A stretch of 61,739 nt of DNA, counting the filler, from Chiloscyllium plagiosum (taxonomy: Eukaryota): NCBI RefSeq assembly GCF_004010195.1. It is 3 parts of one record of this genome, joined end to end, with 100 filler letters (N's around TTAATTAATTAA, not from the genome) between each part and the next. Parts side by side here need not be neighbours in the genome. Positions count along the whole stretch, not along the records: positions 1 to 31,903 come from NC_057714.1; positions 32,004 to 56,340 come from NC_057714.1; 1 more part is not named here. One strand, given 5' to 3'. Position 1 is the stretch's first letter. Every line of letters begins with the position of its first letter. The notes under the pieces were generated by a model. It saw only the letters and a program-made list of their open reading frames with translations, was not told where the DNA came from and did not search any database. The translations under genes and the position numbers were made by a program. Positions 21,617-35,060 of the stretch are shown piece after piece.

Positions 21617-23988
21617 AATAGAACATAGAACAAGACAGCGCTGAACAGGCCCCTCGGCCCTCGATGTTGCGCCGACCTGTGAACTATTCTCAGCTCGTCC
21701 CCCTACATTATCCCAAAATCATCCATGTACTTACCTAAGGATTGTTTAAATCTCCCTAATGTGGCTGAGTTGACTATGTTAGCAGGTAGGGCATTCCACG
21801 CCCTTACCACTCTCTGCGTAAAGAACTTGCCTCTGACATCTGTCTTAAATCTATCACTCCTCACTTAGTAGTTATGCTCTCTCGTACAAGTTGACGTCAT
21901 CATCCTCGGAAAAAGTCCTTCATGGTCTACCCTATGTAATCCTCTGATCATCTTGTATGTCTTTATCAAATCCTCTCTTAGCCTTCTTCTTTCCAATGAG
22001 AACAGACCCAAGTCTCTCAGCCTTTCCTCATAAGACCTTCCCTCCAGACCAGGCAATATCCTGGTAAATCTCCTCTGCACCTTTTCCAATGCTTCCTCAT
22101 CCTTTCTGTAATGGGGCGATCAGAACTGTACACAATATTCCAAGTGTGGCTGCACCAGCTTTTTGTATAGTTGCAGTATGATTTTGAGGTTCTGGAACTC
22201 TACCAATGAATGCCTTCTTAACAGCACCATCCACCTGGGTGGCAACTTTCAGCGATCTATGTACATGGACTCCAAGATCCCTCTGCACATCCACACTACC
22301 AAGAATCTTTCCATTGACCCAGTACTCTGCCTTCCTGTTATTCTTCCCAAAGTGTACATCACCTCACAGTTAGCGGAATTGAACTCCATTTGCCACCTCT
22401 CAACCCAATTCTGCAGTTTATCCCTGCAACCTGTAACATTCTTCCAAACTGTCCACTACTCCACCGACTTTAGTGTCATCTGCAAATTTATTAATCCATC
22501 CACCTATGCCTGCGTCTAAGTCATTTATAAAAATGACAAACAGCAGTGGTTCCAAAACAGATTCTGGATCAGAGGTGCTGGAAGAGCACAGCAATTCAGG
22601 CAGCATCCGAGGACACCAAAACAGATCCTTGTGGCATACCACTAGTAACTGGACTCCAGACTGAATATTTTCCATCAACCACCACTCTCTGCCTTCTTCC
22701 AGAAAGCCAGTTTCTAATTCAAACTGCTAAATCACCCTCAATTCCATGTATCTGCATTTTCTCCATCAGGCTACCATATGGAACCTTATCAAAGGCTTTA
22801 CTGAAGTCCAAGTATATCACGTCAACTGCCCTACCCTCATCTAAATGCTTGGTCACCTTAAAAATTTCAATGAGGTTTGTGAGACATGACCTGCTCTTGA
22901 CTAAAACATGTTGACTATCTGAAATCAAATTGTTGCTTGCTAGATGGTTATAAATCTTATCTCTCACAATTCTTTCCAAAACCTTTCCTACAACAGAAGT
23001 AAGGCTCACTGGTCTATAATTACCTGGGTCATCTCTGCTGCCCTTCTTGAACAAGGGCACAACATTTACAATCCTCCAGTCCTCAGGTACTAAACCTGTA
23101 GACAATGATGACTCAAATATCAAGGCTAAAGGCTCTGCTATCTCCTGCCTAGCTTCCCAGAGAATTCTCGGATAGATCCCATCCGATCCAGGGGACTTGT
23201 CTACTTTCACTCCTTCTAGAATAGATAACACCTGTGCGTAACTAACCTCGATCCTTTCTAGTCTAATATCTCATACCTCATTCTTCTCCTCTACAACATC
23301 ACCTTTTCCTGAGTGAACACCGATGAGAAATGTTCATTCAATCTCTACAGGGTCCACACTCAACTTCCCACTTCTGTCTTTGCTTGGCCCTATTCCTACC
23401 CTAATCATCCTTTTATTCCTCACATACCTATAGAAAGCTTTAGGATTCTCCTTTATTCTATTTGCTAAAGACTGCTCATGTCCTCTCTTTGCTCTTCTTC
23501 ACTCTCTCTTTAAATCCTTCCTAGCTGATCTGTAACTCTCCATCACCTCATCTGTACCATCTTGCCTCATCAACACATAAGCCTCTTTCCTCTTCTTAAC
23601 AACAGATGCAATTTCTGTTGTAAACCATGATTCCCTTACCTCATCACTTCCTCCCTGTCTGACAGGGACATACCTATCAAGGACACACAATATCTGTTTC
23701 TTAAACCAGCTTCACATTTCGATTGTCTGCATCCCCTGCATTTTGCTACCCCATTCTATGCATCCTAATTCTTGCCTAATCGCATTATAATTGCCCTTGC
23801 CCCATTGATAACTCTTGACCTGTGGCATGTATCTATCCCTTTCCATCGCTAAACTAAACGTAACTGAATTTTGGTCACTCTCTCCAAAGTGCTCACCTGT
23901 AGCTAAATCAAACAACTGGCCTGGTTCATTACCAAGCACCACATCCAGTGTGGCCTCCCCTCTTGTTGGCCCTTTGACATACTGTGTC
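21617..23988 (-). mobile_element. CR1 LINE ORF2 (end of EN through RT) and 3'UTR
   Basis: PTRGEATLDVVL, KSPGSDGIYPRIL, NYRPVSLTSVVGK, DFSKAFDKV, KFADDTK. Tail is a short ttctatg-type tandem repeat. Confidence 0.95.
22563..22615 (-). mobile_element. 53-bp PLE family A' micro-insertion with 11-bp TSD inside the CR1 RT
   Basis: TSD ccaaaacagat at 22552-22562 and 22616-22626. Confidence 0.9.
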
Positions 23989-24589
23989 AATTAGTGAAAT
24001 TATTCAAATTTAAATTTTTCAGAATCATTTGGTGCTCATGGGCATCTTGGACACTGTCGTTCTTCCTCAAACTGTAATATAAGCCTACAATGAGTGCTCA
24101 GGTCTAGAAATGGGGCTTGAAACTCACAGCTGTTTATCCCAGGAAACCTTGTCAACCCTAAATCTTAAGGGACAACTTGTAATTTGCACAACTGATTGCT
24201 GATTATTCTGTAGCTGACAAAAATATATCACAAAAAGCATATCAACTAATAAAATTAGATACACTTTCTATTAAGTTGAAAACATTGAAAAAATGTTTCT
24301 CACAATATATCAACATCTTATTGTTCATCTTTTCTCACAGTTCCTCTTTAAGTGTCAACTTAATTATATTCCTTCCTATCTTCCAAAAGGTATAACTCAT
24401 TTCAGGATTTATGTAAGTAGATTCCAGTGCCATATCTGGTGCAAATCCAACAACAAAATAAATAACTGGCAGGCTATTTGACAATGGGGAACAACAGAAC
24501 TGACCCCAGCCTGATCTAAATTCACACATCAACTGCAGTCATTAAATGGCAATCTTTTCAATTGGAACCTAAATGACTGACTTTAACCT

Positions 24590-25065
24590 GCAGTGGCACA
24601 CTGGTAATGTCACTAGACTAACAATCCAGAATCTCAAACCAATGTTCTGGGGACATGGATTTGAATTGAATTGATTTTATTGTCATGTGTACCAAGGCAC
24701 AGAGAAAAGCTTTGTCTTGCGAGCAATACAGGCAAATCACAGTTAAATAGCATAGATAAGTAAATAATAGGTAAACAGTGGCAAAACAAAAACACAGGTA
24801 CAGTGAATGCTAAGAGTTTGTGAGTCCATTCAGTATTTAACAATTGGATCCCACCAAGGCAGATGGTGAAGTTTGTATTCAGTAGAAATCTGGAAGAAAT
24901 GGTGGCCTTGTGATGACCATGTGAACCCATCTGGAAATCTGTCATCCTTACCTGGTCTGACCTCGGTGACTCTAGATCCACACAAGGCCTTAACTTCCCT
25001 CTGGACAACTGGGAAAGGGCAATAAATGCTGGCCTCGCCAGTGATACCCACATCCCACAAGAGAA
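24590..25065 (+). mobile_element. tRNA-derived SINE with LINE-type tail, interrupted (~24662-24846) by an antisense LINE 3' end with a (TTCAA)n tail
   Basis: Head tggtaatgtcactagact...atggatttgaat. Tail gggcaataaatgctggcctcgccagtgatacccacatccca. A related TTCAA/TCAAA-tailed fragment lies at ~46290-46400. Confidence 0.7.
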
Positions 25066-26099
25066 TTTTTTAAAAATGCTTTACAAAGTTTTAGCATAAC
25101 TTCCATATTATTGTAACCTGTAGGCTGGATTTATGTAGAATCAAGTAAACTCCTTGAATCTTTAGAAATACAATGCAGAATTCAGACACGGAAGGCTACT
25201 GTCCTGGACATCAAATTTTGCCAGTGGGTAAAGGGGGCAGCACATGACTCACCCAGGAGTGAGATCTGATCTTAATAGCATAATTTGAACTAAGTGCTGA
25301 GTTCAAACAGAGACCGTTTTGGCTGGTCAAATAACCTTATTTCACAGTATGGGATCTAAAAACTGAATGACACATACAAATGCTCTTGAATGGCACGCAA
25401 AGTCTGGTTAGGTATCTTGAGCTGATTTTTAAAACAAAATTCTCAATGATATGAAAAGGCTAAAGCTATCAATTTTTAAAAATAAAACCTGTGCAGAGTA
25501 ACTTTAATTCACAGACCACTTGATAATCTTTAGAATTATATAGTACCATCACTTGTGCGGTTTCAATTGAAGTCCAAAGGCCTGCTGTGTCATTCACCAA
25601 ATTTCAAAAGCAAAGATTACCTCAGCAGCGAGTACTGAACTCACATTTAGATTAAGTTTAAGCAGCACTACACAAATGCCATGCAATAATATAGAGAAAA
25701 TCTAAACATAGATCCACTGATATTCAATGGCAGTACCATTGCTGAACCCCTTACTATCAGTAACCCAGAGGTTACTATGCCCCACTTACCTGGAATGTTG
25801 CCACTTCAACAACACTCCAAAGGCTTCACGTCACCCACTATGCCATTTATTTCTTATTACTAATTGTTGAACACTGGCTCCCAGGACTGTTTGGCTAATT
25901 CTATCCCACCCCAATCTCTCCAAAGCACTATATATCAAAAACCCAATTTAGGCAAATCAAAAGAGGTATGCTCCTTCTGCTGCCTGCAGAGGACATCATT
26001 GTATACATTTGCCACATTGAATGCCAACTTCTCCCTGTTTTCAGTTCCTTAGCTAATATTTACCTGTTAATAGTAACAGTTTCTTCATATCCACATAGC

Positions 26100-27300
26100 A
26101 AACGCTACTATTTTGTTAAGGATAAACCCAGCAGTTATAGATCTATGAGTTTATCTTCAATGGTGGAGCAGCTTCTTGAAAGAATTATTCAGCATGGTAT
26201 TAGTTAGTAGGCCTGTGTGAAAAGACGTGTTGATTAGGAAGAGTCAGCATAAATTTCTATCGTGCTTAATTAACTTGGGAAAGTTTTTTTTAAAATGAGG
26301 GTTGAAAACACTGGATGGGGATATTGCAGTCAATGTGGTACACATGAATTTCCAGAAGACTATATTTTCACTCTAGGGACGTGTAAGACACTGGCTGGCC
26401 AGTGTTCACTGCCTGTTCTTCGTTGCCCTTGAAAAGGTGATAGCGAGCTGCCTTCTTGAACTGCTGCAGTCCATGTGCTGTAGGTTGATCCACAATGACC
26501 TTAGGGGGGAGAATTCCAGGATTTTGACTCAGCAACAGTGAAGGAATGGTGATATGTTTCCAAGTCAAGAAGGTGATTGGCTTGAAGAGAACCTACAGGT
26601 GGTAGTGTTCCCATGTATTTGCTGCCTTTGTCCTTCTAGGTGGAAGTGGTAATGGGTTTTGAAGGTGAATTATGTCACATAACAGACTCGTAAGAAAAGA
26701 TAGCGATCATGGTGTAAAGGTGACAGTAGCAATGTGGATACAAAATTGGCTGAATTACAGGAAACAGAGTAATGGTCAATGGGTCATTTTTGGCCATGGG
26801 AAAGATTTATAGAGGAGTTCCCTTTCTGCACTCTCTTCAAGGCGTTCATGTCTTTCCTATAATATAGTACCCACACTGTACATAACACTCCATGTGAAGT
26901 CTAACAAGTGTTTTATACAAATTCAACATCACCACCTTGCTCTTGTACTCTGTCTTGTTAATAAAGTCAAGGATGCGGTGTGCACTATTAACTACTCTCC
27001 ATACCTGTCCTACAAAAGACAATGATCTGCGCACATGTCCACTTAGTTCTCTCTGCTCCTCTATCCGCTTTCAAATTGAAAGACAAAATAAAAGTGGGGG
27101 TACAATGTCTTCTTACCCAGTGCATTACTTCTCTGCACTGAACCTCACCTGTCTCCTATTCAGCCACTTCACATAGATGAAGTAGATGCCATTCTGGAGT
27201 TCCACACTGTCGTTCTCAGTGTGACAATTTTTCCAAGTACTGTGATATCTGCAAACTTTGAAATTGTCCCCTGTACACCAGGATCCTGATAATTAATAAA
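26100..27300. mobile_element. Cluster of old CR1 fragments (both strands) with a nested antisense LINE 3' end at ~26369-26665
   Basis: YRSMSLSSMVEQLLE; LNLYKTLVRLHMECYVQ; nested HGLQQFKKAARYHLFKGN. Confidence 0.7.
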
Positions 27301-27728
27301 TTATTTATAACAAGCACCTTATTTCATTGCTTACAAAAGATATTGTGACTTGCTAATTTCCATACCATCCTCTTCCCAGACAATAACTAACACCAAAAAC
27401 CACGTTGCCATGATATTCAGCATCATTAGCTCTTTTGAATTTCCATTATATTAACATTATGAAGACCATCACTGATCAGAAACATAAATGGACCCATAAA
27501 AATACAGTCTATATAGTGCGAATACAAGAGCTTGGATGATGGGCTTGGATGTGATCAGCACTAGCGCCGTTGAAAGAGCGTTATGCTACCCAATAAAGCA
27601 GATTGCTTTATTTCCTCCAGCCCCTTAAGCATTCACTTAATGACAAGGATATGGTTCTGTTTCAAATAGTGACCATAGAAATGGATGAGTTTTTCAATCT
27701 GTGGTTGGGGAGTTGAGATAGTGTTAGG

Positions 27729-28112
27729 ACTCAAGTCATTAACTTCTGCCTTCCCAATATTTAACTGAAGGTAATGTCTGCTATTGTCTTATTTGATACT
27801 GGAGACGTAGAGTGATTAATTATATGCAGTAAAGGAGCCAAAGATGAGTCGCTCAAGGGTAAAGTTACACAAGATTGTTAAGGAGATATAAAATAATTAA
27901 TCCAGAATGTTTTTTCATCTACTCAAGTCATTAACTTCTGCCTTCCCAATATTTAACTGAAGGTAATGTCTGCTATTGTCTTATTTGATACTGGAGACGT
28001 AGAGTGATTAATTATATGCAGTCAAGGAGCCAAAGATGAGTCGCTCAAGGGTAAAGTTACACAAGATTGTTAAGGAGATATAAAAAAATTAATCCAGAAT
28101 GTTTTTTCATCT
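27729..28112 (+). repeat. Tandem duplication, 2 x 192 bp
   Basis: 27729-27920 and 27921-28112 differ by 2 substitutions. Confidence 0.95.
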
Positions 28113-28814
28113 GAGACAGAAAATAGCACAAGGACAAATATGTTCGAACTAGTACATGGTAGCTAAGACTGAAGGAAATTCTTCAAACAGTGCTGGTATC
28201 ATGTAGCAGTTCAATCCTGGAATCATCTAAAGATGAATTTGATTTAATGGGGGGGGGAGGGTTTAATGCACTAAGATCTGTCAAAAGACTTCTTCATCTG
28301 TAATTATTTTGTGCCTGTCTTATATAACTAGATTTTTGCTGCCACAATTTAAAGCATAACCTTAGTATAATTCCCACCCACAGTAGTGCAGTTCTTTTTT
28401 AATTTCCAGAAGCCTTGAGAAGAGTCATCAACCTTTAGTCTATTTCAGGAGGGAAATGTATCAGAATAAAAAAAAAGTTATTTACTTCCTTGCAGCATCT
28501 TTTATGTTTTTGGTTAAATATTCTTAAATGAACATATTCAGGGCAGAATAGCCCCTCCTACAGTACTGTAACCATTTAAAGTAATGAGGTATTCAAGTCT
28601 TTAGTGCCATCCAATGGAAAATGGTGGAACTACAATTATTACAGATCTTGTTCACAGCAAGTTCAGTAATGGTACAAATGCTCCAAGTCCACGTTCTAAA
28701 AGAAAATTCCGAGAGATAAAAATTTAGCACAAGTGGTTCTATGATACGTACAGCTCTATTAAAAAAAAACTCTCTGCAGGGTTGTGGGTGGGACTTAAGA
28801 TTATATCTTAAATT

Positions 28815-29300
28815 GTGATTTGGAGGAGCTGATGTTGGACTTGGGTGGACAAAATTAAAAATCACAACACCATTTGGAAAGACGAGCATTTGAAGTGCTG
28901 CTTCTTCATCAGGTGGTTGTGAAGCAGGACCATAAGACACAGAATTTATAGCAAAAGATTTCAGTGATACAATGATAAATTAAACAAACCCAGATTGTTA
29001 AGTCTTTCATCTTTCAGAATGTATTTGCTGGTTTCAGTTCTTTCATGTGTAAATCCCAGAACATCTTTTAAGTCACATTCTCAAGATAATTTAAGGTTTT
29101 ATAATAAAAAGTGACATCTCAGCTCAGCCAATGCCTTAAAGTTGTGAAATTATAGTCACTCTGTATCCCAATCTTGAGTCAGACTGGTTCTTTTTCCAAA
29201 GTGGAATTTACAAATCTTACATGGATTGACTGTCTCCATTGACTGCTTGCAGGTTCTGCATTTATTGAGCAAAATAGAATGTATCTGCAAATACAATTCC
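28815..29300 (-). mobile_element. PLE family B 3' end/pLTR with decayed hammerhead
   Basis: Reverse complement reads cacctgatgaagaagcagcacttcaaatgctcg. Overlaps the 10815 copy in sequence. Confidence 0.8.
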
Positions 29301-29664
29301 TTAAATCAGGATAGCAAAGATCAAGTTGTATAAGACCGGTACAAAATAATTACAGATGAAGAAGGCTTTTAGTACAGTAGGGAAGCTTTGCATTTTGACA
29401 ATTCCTTAAGTATTGACATCGGAAGCTCCTTGCACCTTACAGAAATGGAATGTGATCTCTGAGGCACACCATTGGTTACATCTTGTCAATCCACTTACAC
29501 CCGAATTCTGCCCTCTCTCTTTCAGACAATACTTTTTTCATAGCACCTCACCATTAATGTCATGAATTTTAATGTTTGTAACTTTATCTGGTTTTCTGAA
29601 AGGCCAAAAAAATCGCATCTGGGCAGTCTTTGTACATTCATTCAGTATTCACTTTGATTAATTC

Positions 29665-30046
29665 AGATATTTTCCAACCAACCTGTTCGGACATGTCACT
29701 ACACACTTCTGGTACAGGTGGGACTTAAACCTGGACATCCTCCTGCCTCGGAAGTATGGTCACTGCCACTGATCAACAAGAACTTCTTTGATCAATTTTG
29801 ATAATGTCTCAACCTGTTCAGAGATATTATTAAACAACTCTGAAGCAGGTGGGATTGAACCCAGGTATCATGGCTCAGAGGTAGGAACACCTCCACTGTA
29901 GCATCGGACTCCATCTCTGATCAATATGGATATTTTCTAATCAATCTGTTCAGGGATGTTTTTGCACAACTCTGGAGTAGGTGAGACTTGTAACCAGGTC
30001 TCCTGTCTCAGAGGTACATACACTACCACTGCACCACAAGAGCTAC
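29665..30046 (-). repeat. Three tandem diverged ~130-bp tRNA-derived SINE-like units
   Basis: Each unit has an A-box-like tggtgcagtggtag, a B-box-like gggttcaa(g)tccc and ends ...ctgaacaggttga. Confidence 0.75.
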
Positions 30047-30541
30047 TCTTTTAAATTTAACCTATAAATATTATCCACTTGTTGCAAGTCCATATTGACA
30101 TCCCTGATTAAGCCATACCATTAATTGCATAATGCTGACTACCATGGTTGCAATCAGTTTTCTGACTGCAACTGTAAAAATTATATAGTCCCTCTAATAT
30201 CAGATACTAATCTAAGGAGAAACTTCGTCAGATAAACACTGCCATGCAAAATTTTAAATTCAATTGAGTAACTAAAGCTTTTTTAGAGAGGTAGGTTTAA
30301 GGAGGGTCTTAAAGGAAGAGAGGGATAGGAGAAGGCAGAAATGTATAAGAATGAACATAAAGAGTACAAGGCAGAGCAGACTGAAGACACGGCTGTCAAC
30401 AGTAGGCAACAGATGATGCAAAAAAAGGCCAAGGCCAAAGCTAAAGGAATGGAGGCTTCAGAGGATCACGAAGTGCTGTTGTATGGTGTGGTTAAGTGGT
30501 ATGTGGTCAAGTGTGTAGGTGGTCAAAATGAACTATAGAAG

Positions 30542-31144
30542 TATTATGGATCAGGTCAGACCCCCCTGAAAACATTTCAGGAAAATAGCCCAGATGCTAA
30601 CTTAGGTGTAACGTGGATATTACAAGAGTGACGCAGCTGGTCAACCCACTTAGTTTTAAATAAAACAGAATCTATTTACAAGATTATCGAATGAAACACA
30701 AAGAGAACAGAAGACACAATAATAACCTATCCAAAACCTAACAGATCATCCTAACTTAATGATATTGGTCCAAATACTTGCAACAATCCCCATAAACACC
30801 CCATGGCACAAAAGGTAAGATCAAACAAAGGTTCTTACAGTACAGAAGTCTGAGAGAGATCTCTGAGAGACCTGCTTCTTTGGCTTCAGTAGCTTCAAAT
30901 CACTACTGCTAAAAAGCAAACTAGAGAAAAGCCGAGCTGGAAGAACTAGCCACTCCCCTTTCATTGCATAAGTTTTTTTTTCAAATATTTGAATGCCCGT
31001 TGCCTGAGGCAATATCTGTTAACTATAATCAAACTGGCCCTCAAACCCTTCAACTTAGATTGTTCAGAGTCTGTGTCTTTTAAGACCTCTTTGAAAATAA
31101 AACAAAGGACAACATAACCTTGTTAAAGGAGAGGCTTTGTCACA
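30542..31144 (-). mobile_element. Probable solo LTR
   Basis: ~600 bp. Reverse complement starts TGTGACA and ends ...gatccataaTA (decayed CA). Flanks gaag/gaaa. Confidence 0.5.
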
Positions 31145-31903
31145 GAAACAACAAGAATAGAACTCCCTGATCCTCACCTTCCACCCAATTAATTTCCAGA
31201 TACAGGCATATTATTTTCTACCATTTCTGCCGCCTACAATCAAACTCCACCACCAAAGATATATTTCCTTCCCCACCCCTATCTGCATTCCGCAGAGACC
31301 ATTCCCTCCATGACTCCCTCGTTAGGTTCGTGCCTCCCACCAACCCACCCTCCTCACCTGGCACTTGCCTTGCCACTCTACACTGTAAACCTCCCCCTCA
31401 CCTCTGTCCAAGGCCCCAAAGGATCTTTTCACATCTGGAAGACATTTTCCTGCACATCCACCCACTTCATCTATGGTGTCTCTCTATGTGGTCTCCTCTA
31501 TATCAGGGAGACAGAACACCAACCAACAGAGCGTTTCAGGGAACATCTTTTGTACACATGCACCAAACAACCCCACTGCCCCGTGGCTTACCACTTCAAC
31601 TCCCCAAGGATATGCAAGTCCTGGACCTCCTCCACTGCCAAACCAAAGCCACCCACCAACTGGAAGAAGAATGCCTCACCTTCCGCCTTGTGACTTTTCA
31701 ACCACACAGCATCAACACTGACTTCACTAGTATCCAAATCTCTCCTCCTCCCCCACCTCATTCCAGATCCAACCCTCCAATTCAGCACTGCCTCTTGACC
31801 TGTCCATCTTCCTTCCCACCGATCCACTCTACCCTCCCCATCGACCTATCACCTTCCCAGCTATGCCCCCCCCTGTCCCACCCCCCCCCCCCCACCACCC
31901 TCT

Positions 31904-32003
31904 NNNNNNNNNNNNNNNNNNNNNNNNNNNNNNNNNNNNNNNNNNNNTTAATTAATTAANNNNNNNNNNNNNNNNNNNNNNNNNNNNNNNNNNNNNNNNN
32001 NNN
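31904..32003. other. Artificial gap spacer (44 N + TTAATTAATTAA + 44 N)
   Basis: Exact 100-bp construct with six-frame stops, repeated at 56341-56440. Confidence 0.97.
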
Positions 32004-32140
32004 CCCCACCCCCACTCCGGCCTATCACCCTCACCTTATCACCCTCACCTTAACCTCCTTCCACCTATCGCATTTCCAACGCCCCTCCCCCAAGTCCCTC
32101 CTCCCTACCTTTTATCTTAGCCTGCTTGGCACACTTTCCT

Positions 32141-32177
32141 CATTCCTGAAGAAGGGCTCATGCCCGAAACGTCGATT
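32141..32177 (+). ncRNA. Minimal hammerhead ribozyme motif (family A)
   Basis: CUGAAGA (32146-32152)-A-GGGC UCAU GCCC-GAAAC-GUC (32171-32173). Confidence 0.75.
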
Positions 32178-34954
32178 CTCCTGCTCCTTGGATGCTGCCT
32201 GACCTGCTACGCTTTTCCAGCAAGACATTTTCAGGTCATGGTCTCCAGCATCTGCAGTCCTCACTTTCTCCATAGCCCTGAGTCAATACAAATGTCTGGC
32301 AACAGCTCCTCAGAGCAGCTTGATAGGCCTAGCTTGATTGGTCTAGCAAGACTCATCTGGGGTCCAGCACACTGACTCTCAGTGTGCTGTGGCTGGGCAC
32401 CTGACAGAGTGCAGGGGGAAGGATGGGCTGTTGAGTGAGTGAGTGTTGAAGGGGTGTTGGGAAGAGGGACAACTGAGTGATTGGGCAGGGGGAGAGAGTT
32501 TCTGATTATATCTATCATGGGGAGGGAATTTGAGAAGAGAAGAGGTGCATGATAAGGGAGCTCAGAGTGGAGCAGAATCAAGCCCTACATGAAAATGTCT
32601 TCAGTGACCGCACCTTGGAATCTTGTGGCTCCGTTGTACTACACTTTATTCAACCTCTGCTGTCCCTCTTCTGACCACCGGCTGAAAGTCCACCTTCAAA
32701 ACATTGTCATTCTCCTGACATAATGTGAGGCATGTTATGCCAGAAAAATTCCATTAATGTCAAAATAGGCCTTGAATGATGCCTTAATTATATTGATTAC
32801 CTGCCTGCCTCTGTGAAGTTAGTTACTGATTCCATTTGCAATCTTTCTCTGGGAGACCAGAACAGAGGTGGCATTACATCACAGAGGCACGCTGAAGGGA
32901 TTTTCCACTAATACTCAGTTCACATCTCCAAAGCTGGTGCCACAGGGCCAGGAAGATTCCTTCAATTGTATTTTGACCAGCAATTTTTCCTGTAATCAAT
33001 AATGTCATAAATGAATAACTGAGACATCTTAGTGCTCTTGTAGAGAATTGCTGTGTCACACCTGATAATTACCTTCAGCTCAGAGTCCCCTTTCATCCTC
33101 TTGGTTGCCTCTTTTGAGAGTTCTTACATCTCCCACTCCTCTCAATATTGTATTATCCTTTTGTTAATCTTGGATTAAAGACTCTAAAAGTATTTCTTAA
33201 CGCAGTCAAATGACCTGTAATTATTTAAAATAATTCTTTAACATGCTTTGTTGGCCACACCTAGTCCTCCTAGGACCCCAAAATATAATTTTCAAATGTT
33301 TGTCAATTTCCTCTCCATCTTCCTCAGTGAAAGAAGAAAGTAGACAAGACTAGTACTGCATGATTGATGTTGTAATAGCGAAGGATGTAAATGAGAGAAT
33401 CCCAGGAATCTTTGTGGACTTGATGCTAAACAATCTCAATCAATGTGGAACGGCAATGCACAACTCCATTAAAATATGAAAGTGTAAAGCCAACATTGTA
33501 GAATGTAAGTCCAAGGAAGCAGTGGTTACAGTATAGTCAAACAAATCTTGAATGCTGCATTAGCTCTGGTCACCACACAAGCAGAGACGTTCAAGAACTG
33601 GAGGCTTAGCAAAACAACACGACTAATATAAAAACTGCAGATGCTAGAAATCAGAAACAATAACAGAAATTGCTGGAAAACCTCAGCAAATCTGGCAGAA
33701 TCTGTGGAGAGTTGATGTTTTTTCAGAATTTCAGAATGATTAATACGTTGTGTCAAAGATCTGAGATATGGAGAAAGGCTGTAAAATCATGGAAAAGTTC
33801 ATTTTAAAAGATGTAAGATATGCAAATTAAGAATGTTATTTACATATGATTTGGCAGGAATAGTGCTCACTGACATAATTCAAATGGCTTAGTGATAACT
33901 TTAGGACTGATATCGAGAAATTCTTCTTCACACAAACAATCAGTTTCAAAAATGAACTGCAGATATAGTAGTGGGTGATTAAAAAAATCTTGGAATCACC
34001 TAAATGGTGGGATATTGGAACATTCAAGGTTGAATCCAGATAGATTGAATGGCTTGTCATCATTTGAATTTAGTGAACAAGTAGATTTGCACTTAATAGG
34101 ACCAATTGCAGTAAAACAATGCCATTATTCATAGCATTCAATATTATAACTAGATTTTCCCTTTATTAAGATGCCTACCATCAGGATACAGTTTTCCCAT
34201 AGTTTCCACGTAGAGCTTGTTTCTGATGAGAACGGAAATACTTGTATTTAAATTGTTTGTTATTATGAATTGCTTGCTTAAATAACAATTTTACATATTT
34301 AGGTGTTCTTATGTAAAACAAACACCACAAAAAAATCCTTTTAAGTACAAATAGACACTGAAAAATAGTGATCACTGTTGGTTTTAAACATGTTCCTAAA
34401 TCGAAAAATGTGCAATGGTCATATAGCATATAAAGGGTTAAGGCTATGTTCACTTAGAGAGAAAGGACAGTTTACCTGTTGTGGATTCTGTGATGTTTTG
34501 ATAATCCTTGTCAATCTTTCATTGTCTTACTGAGTATACCAGACACTCTGTGCCATGTAGATAACTCAGAACGTATTTAAGATTAAGCCTTTGATTACTC
34601 CAACAGAACAAATTACTTTGCTACTGGAAACTTGCCAGTTGGAATTGATTAACAGACTTTGGTTCTTTTTTCATAGAGCATACGCAGCAAAGTTCAGTTA
34701 AAGTGACAGGATACTTTTTATTGAATGAAACAATTTCAGGTTAATTGTAGCTTTGCAGGACCTTAGATAAATGTTGTTGGATAAATTTATGGTATATGGT
34801 GTGAAATTAGGGCCACAATGGGTGCTCCTTGTGGGTCAAAACGAATTCCGCAGTTTGGGATAGCTCACGCCACATTCTATATTGGTGAAGGTGTCAGTGG
34901 TGCACAGTGAACCACAGTCTGAAACATGCTATCAACTAGTGTCGATTCATAGCC

Positions 34955-35060
34955 CCTGCTCCGAAAGCTTGTGGTTTCAAATAAACCTGTTGGACTATAA
35001 CCCGGTGTGTGCTTTTTGACTTGTCCACCCCAGTCCAAAACCAGCACCTCCACATCATCA
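34955..35060 (+). mobile_element. PLE family B 3' end, truncated inside the hammerhead
   Basis: gctccgaaagcttgtggtttcaaataaacctgttggactataacc...ccccagtccaaaaccagcacctccacatcat. Confidence 0.75.

Larger units (their letters stand above)
31146..32271 (+). mobile_element. PLE family A-related: GIY-YIG region and pLTR, spanning an assembly spacer
   Basis: FSCTSTHFIYGVSLCGLLYIRETEHQPTERFREHL. Full 3' end ...ctgcagtcctcactttctcc. Confidence 0.85.

Noticed and set aside
29665..30046. Possible CRISPR-like array or tRNA gene cluster
   Set aside because: Eukaryotic DNA; units are long, diverged and lack unique spacers or a full cloverleaf.
31904..32003. TTAATTAATTAA palindrome within N runs (also 56385-56396)
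   Set aside because: Artificial six-frame-stop spacer. Continuity across it is not guaranteed.
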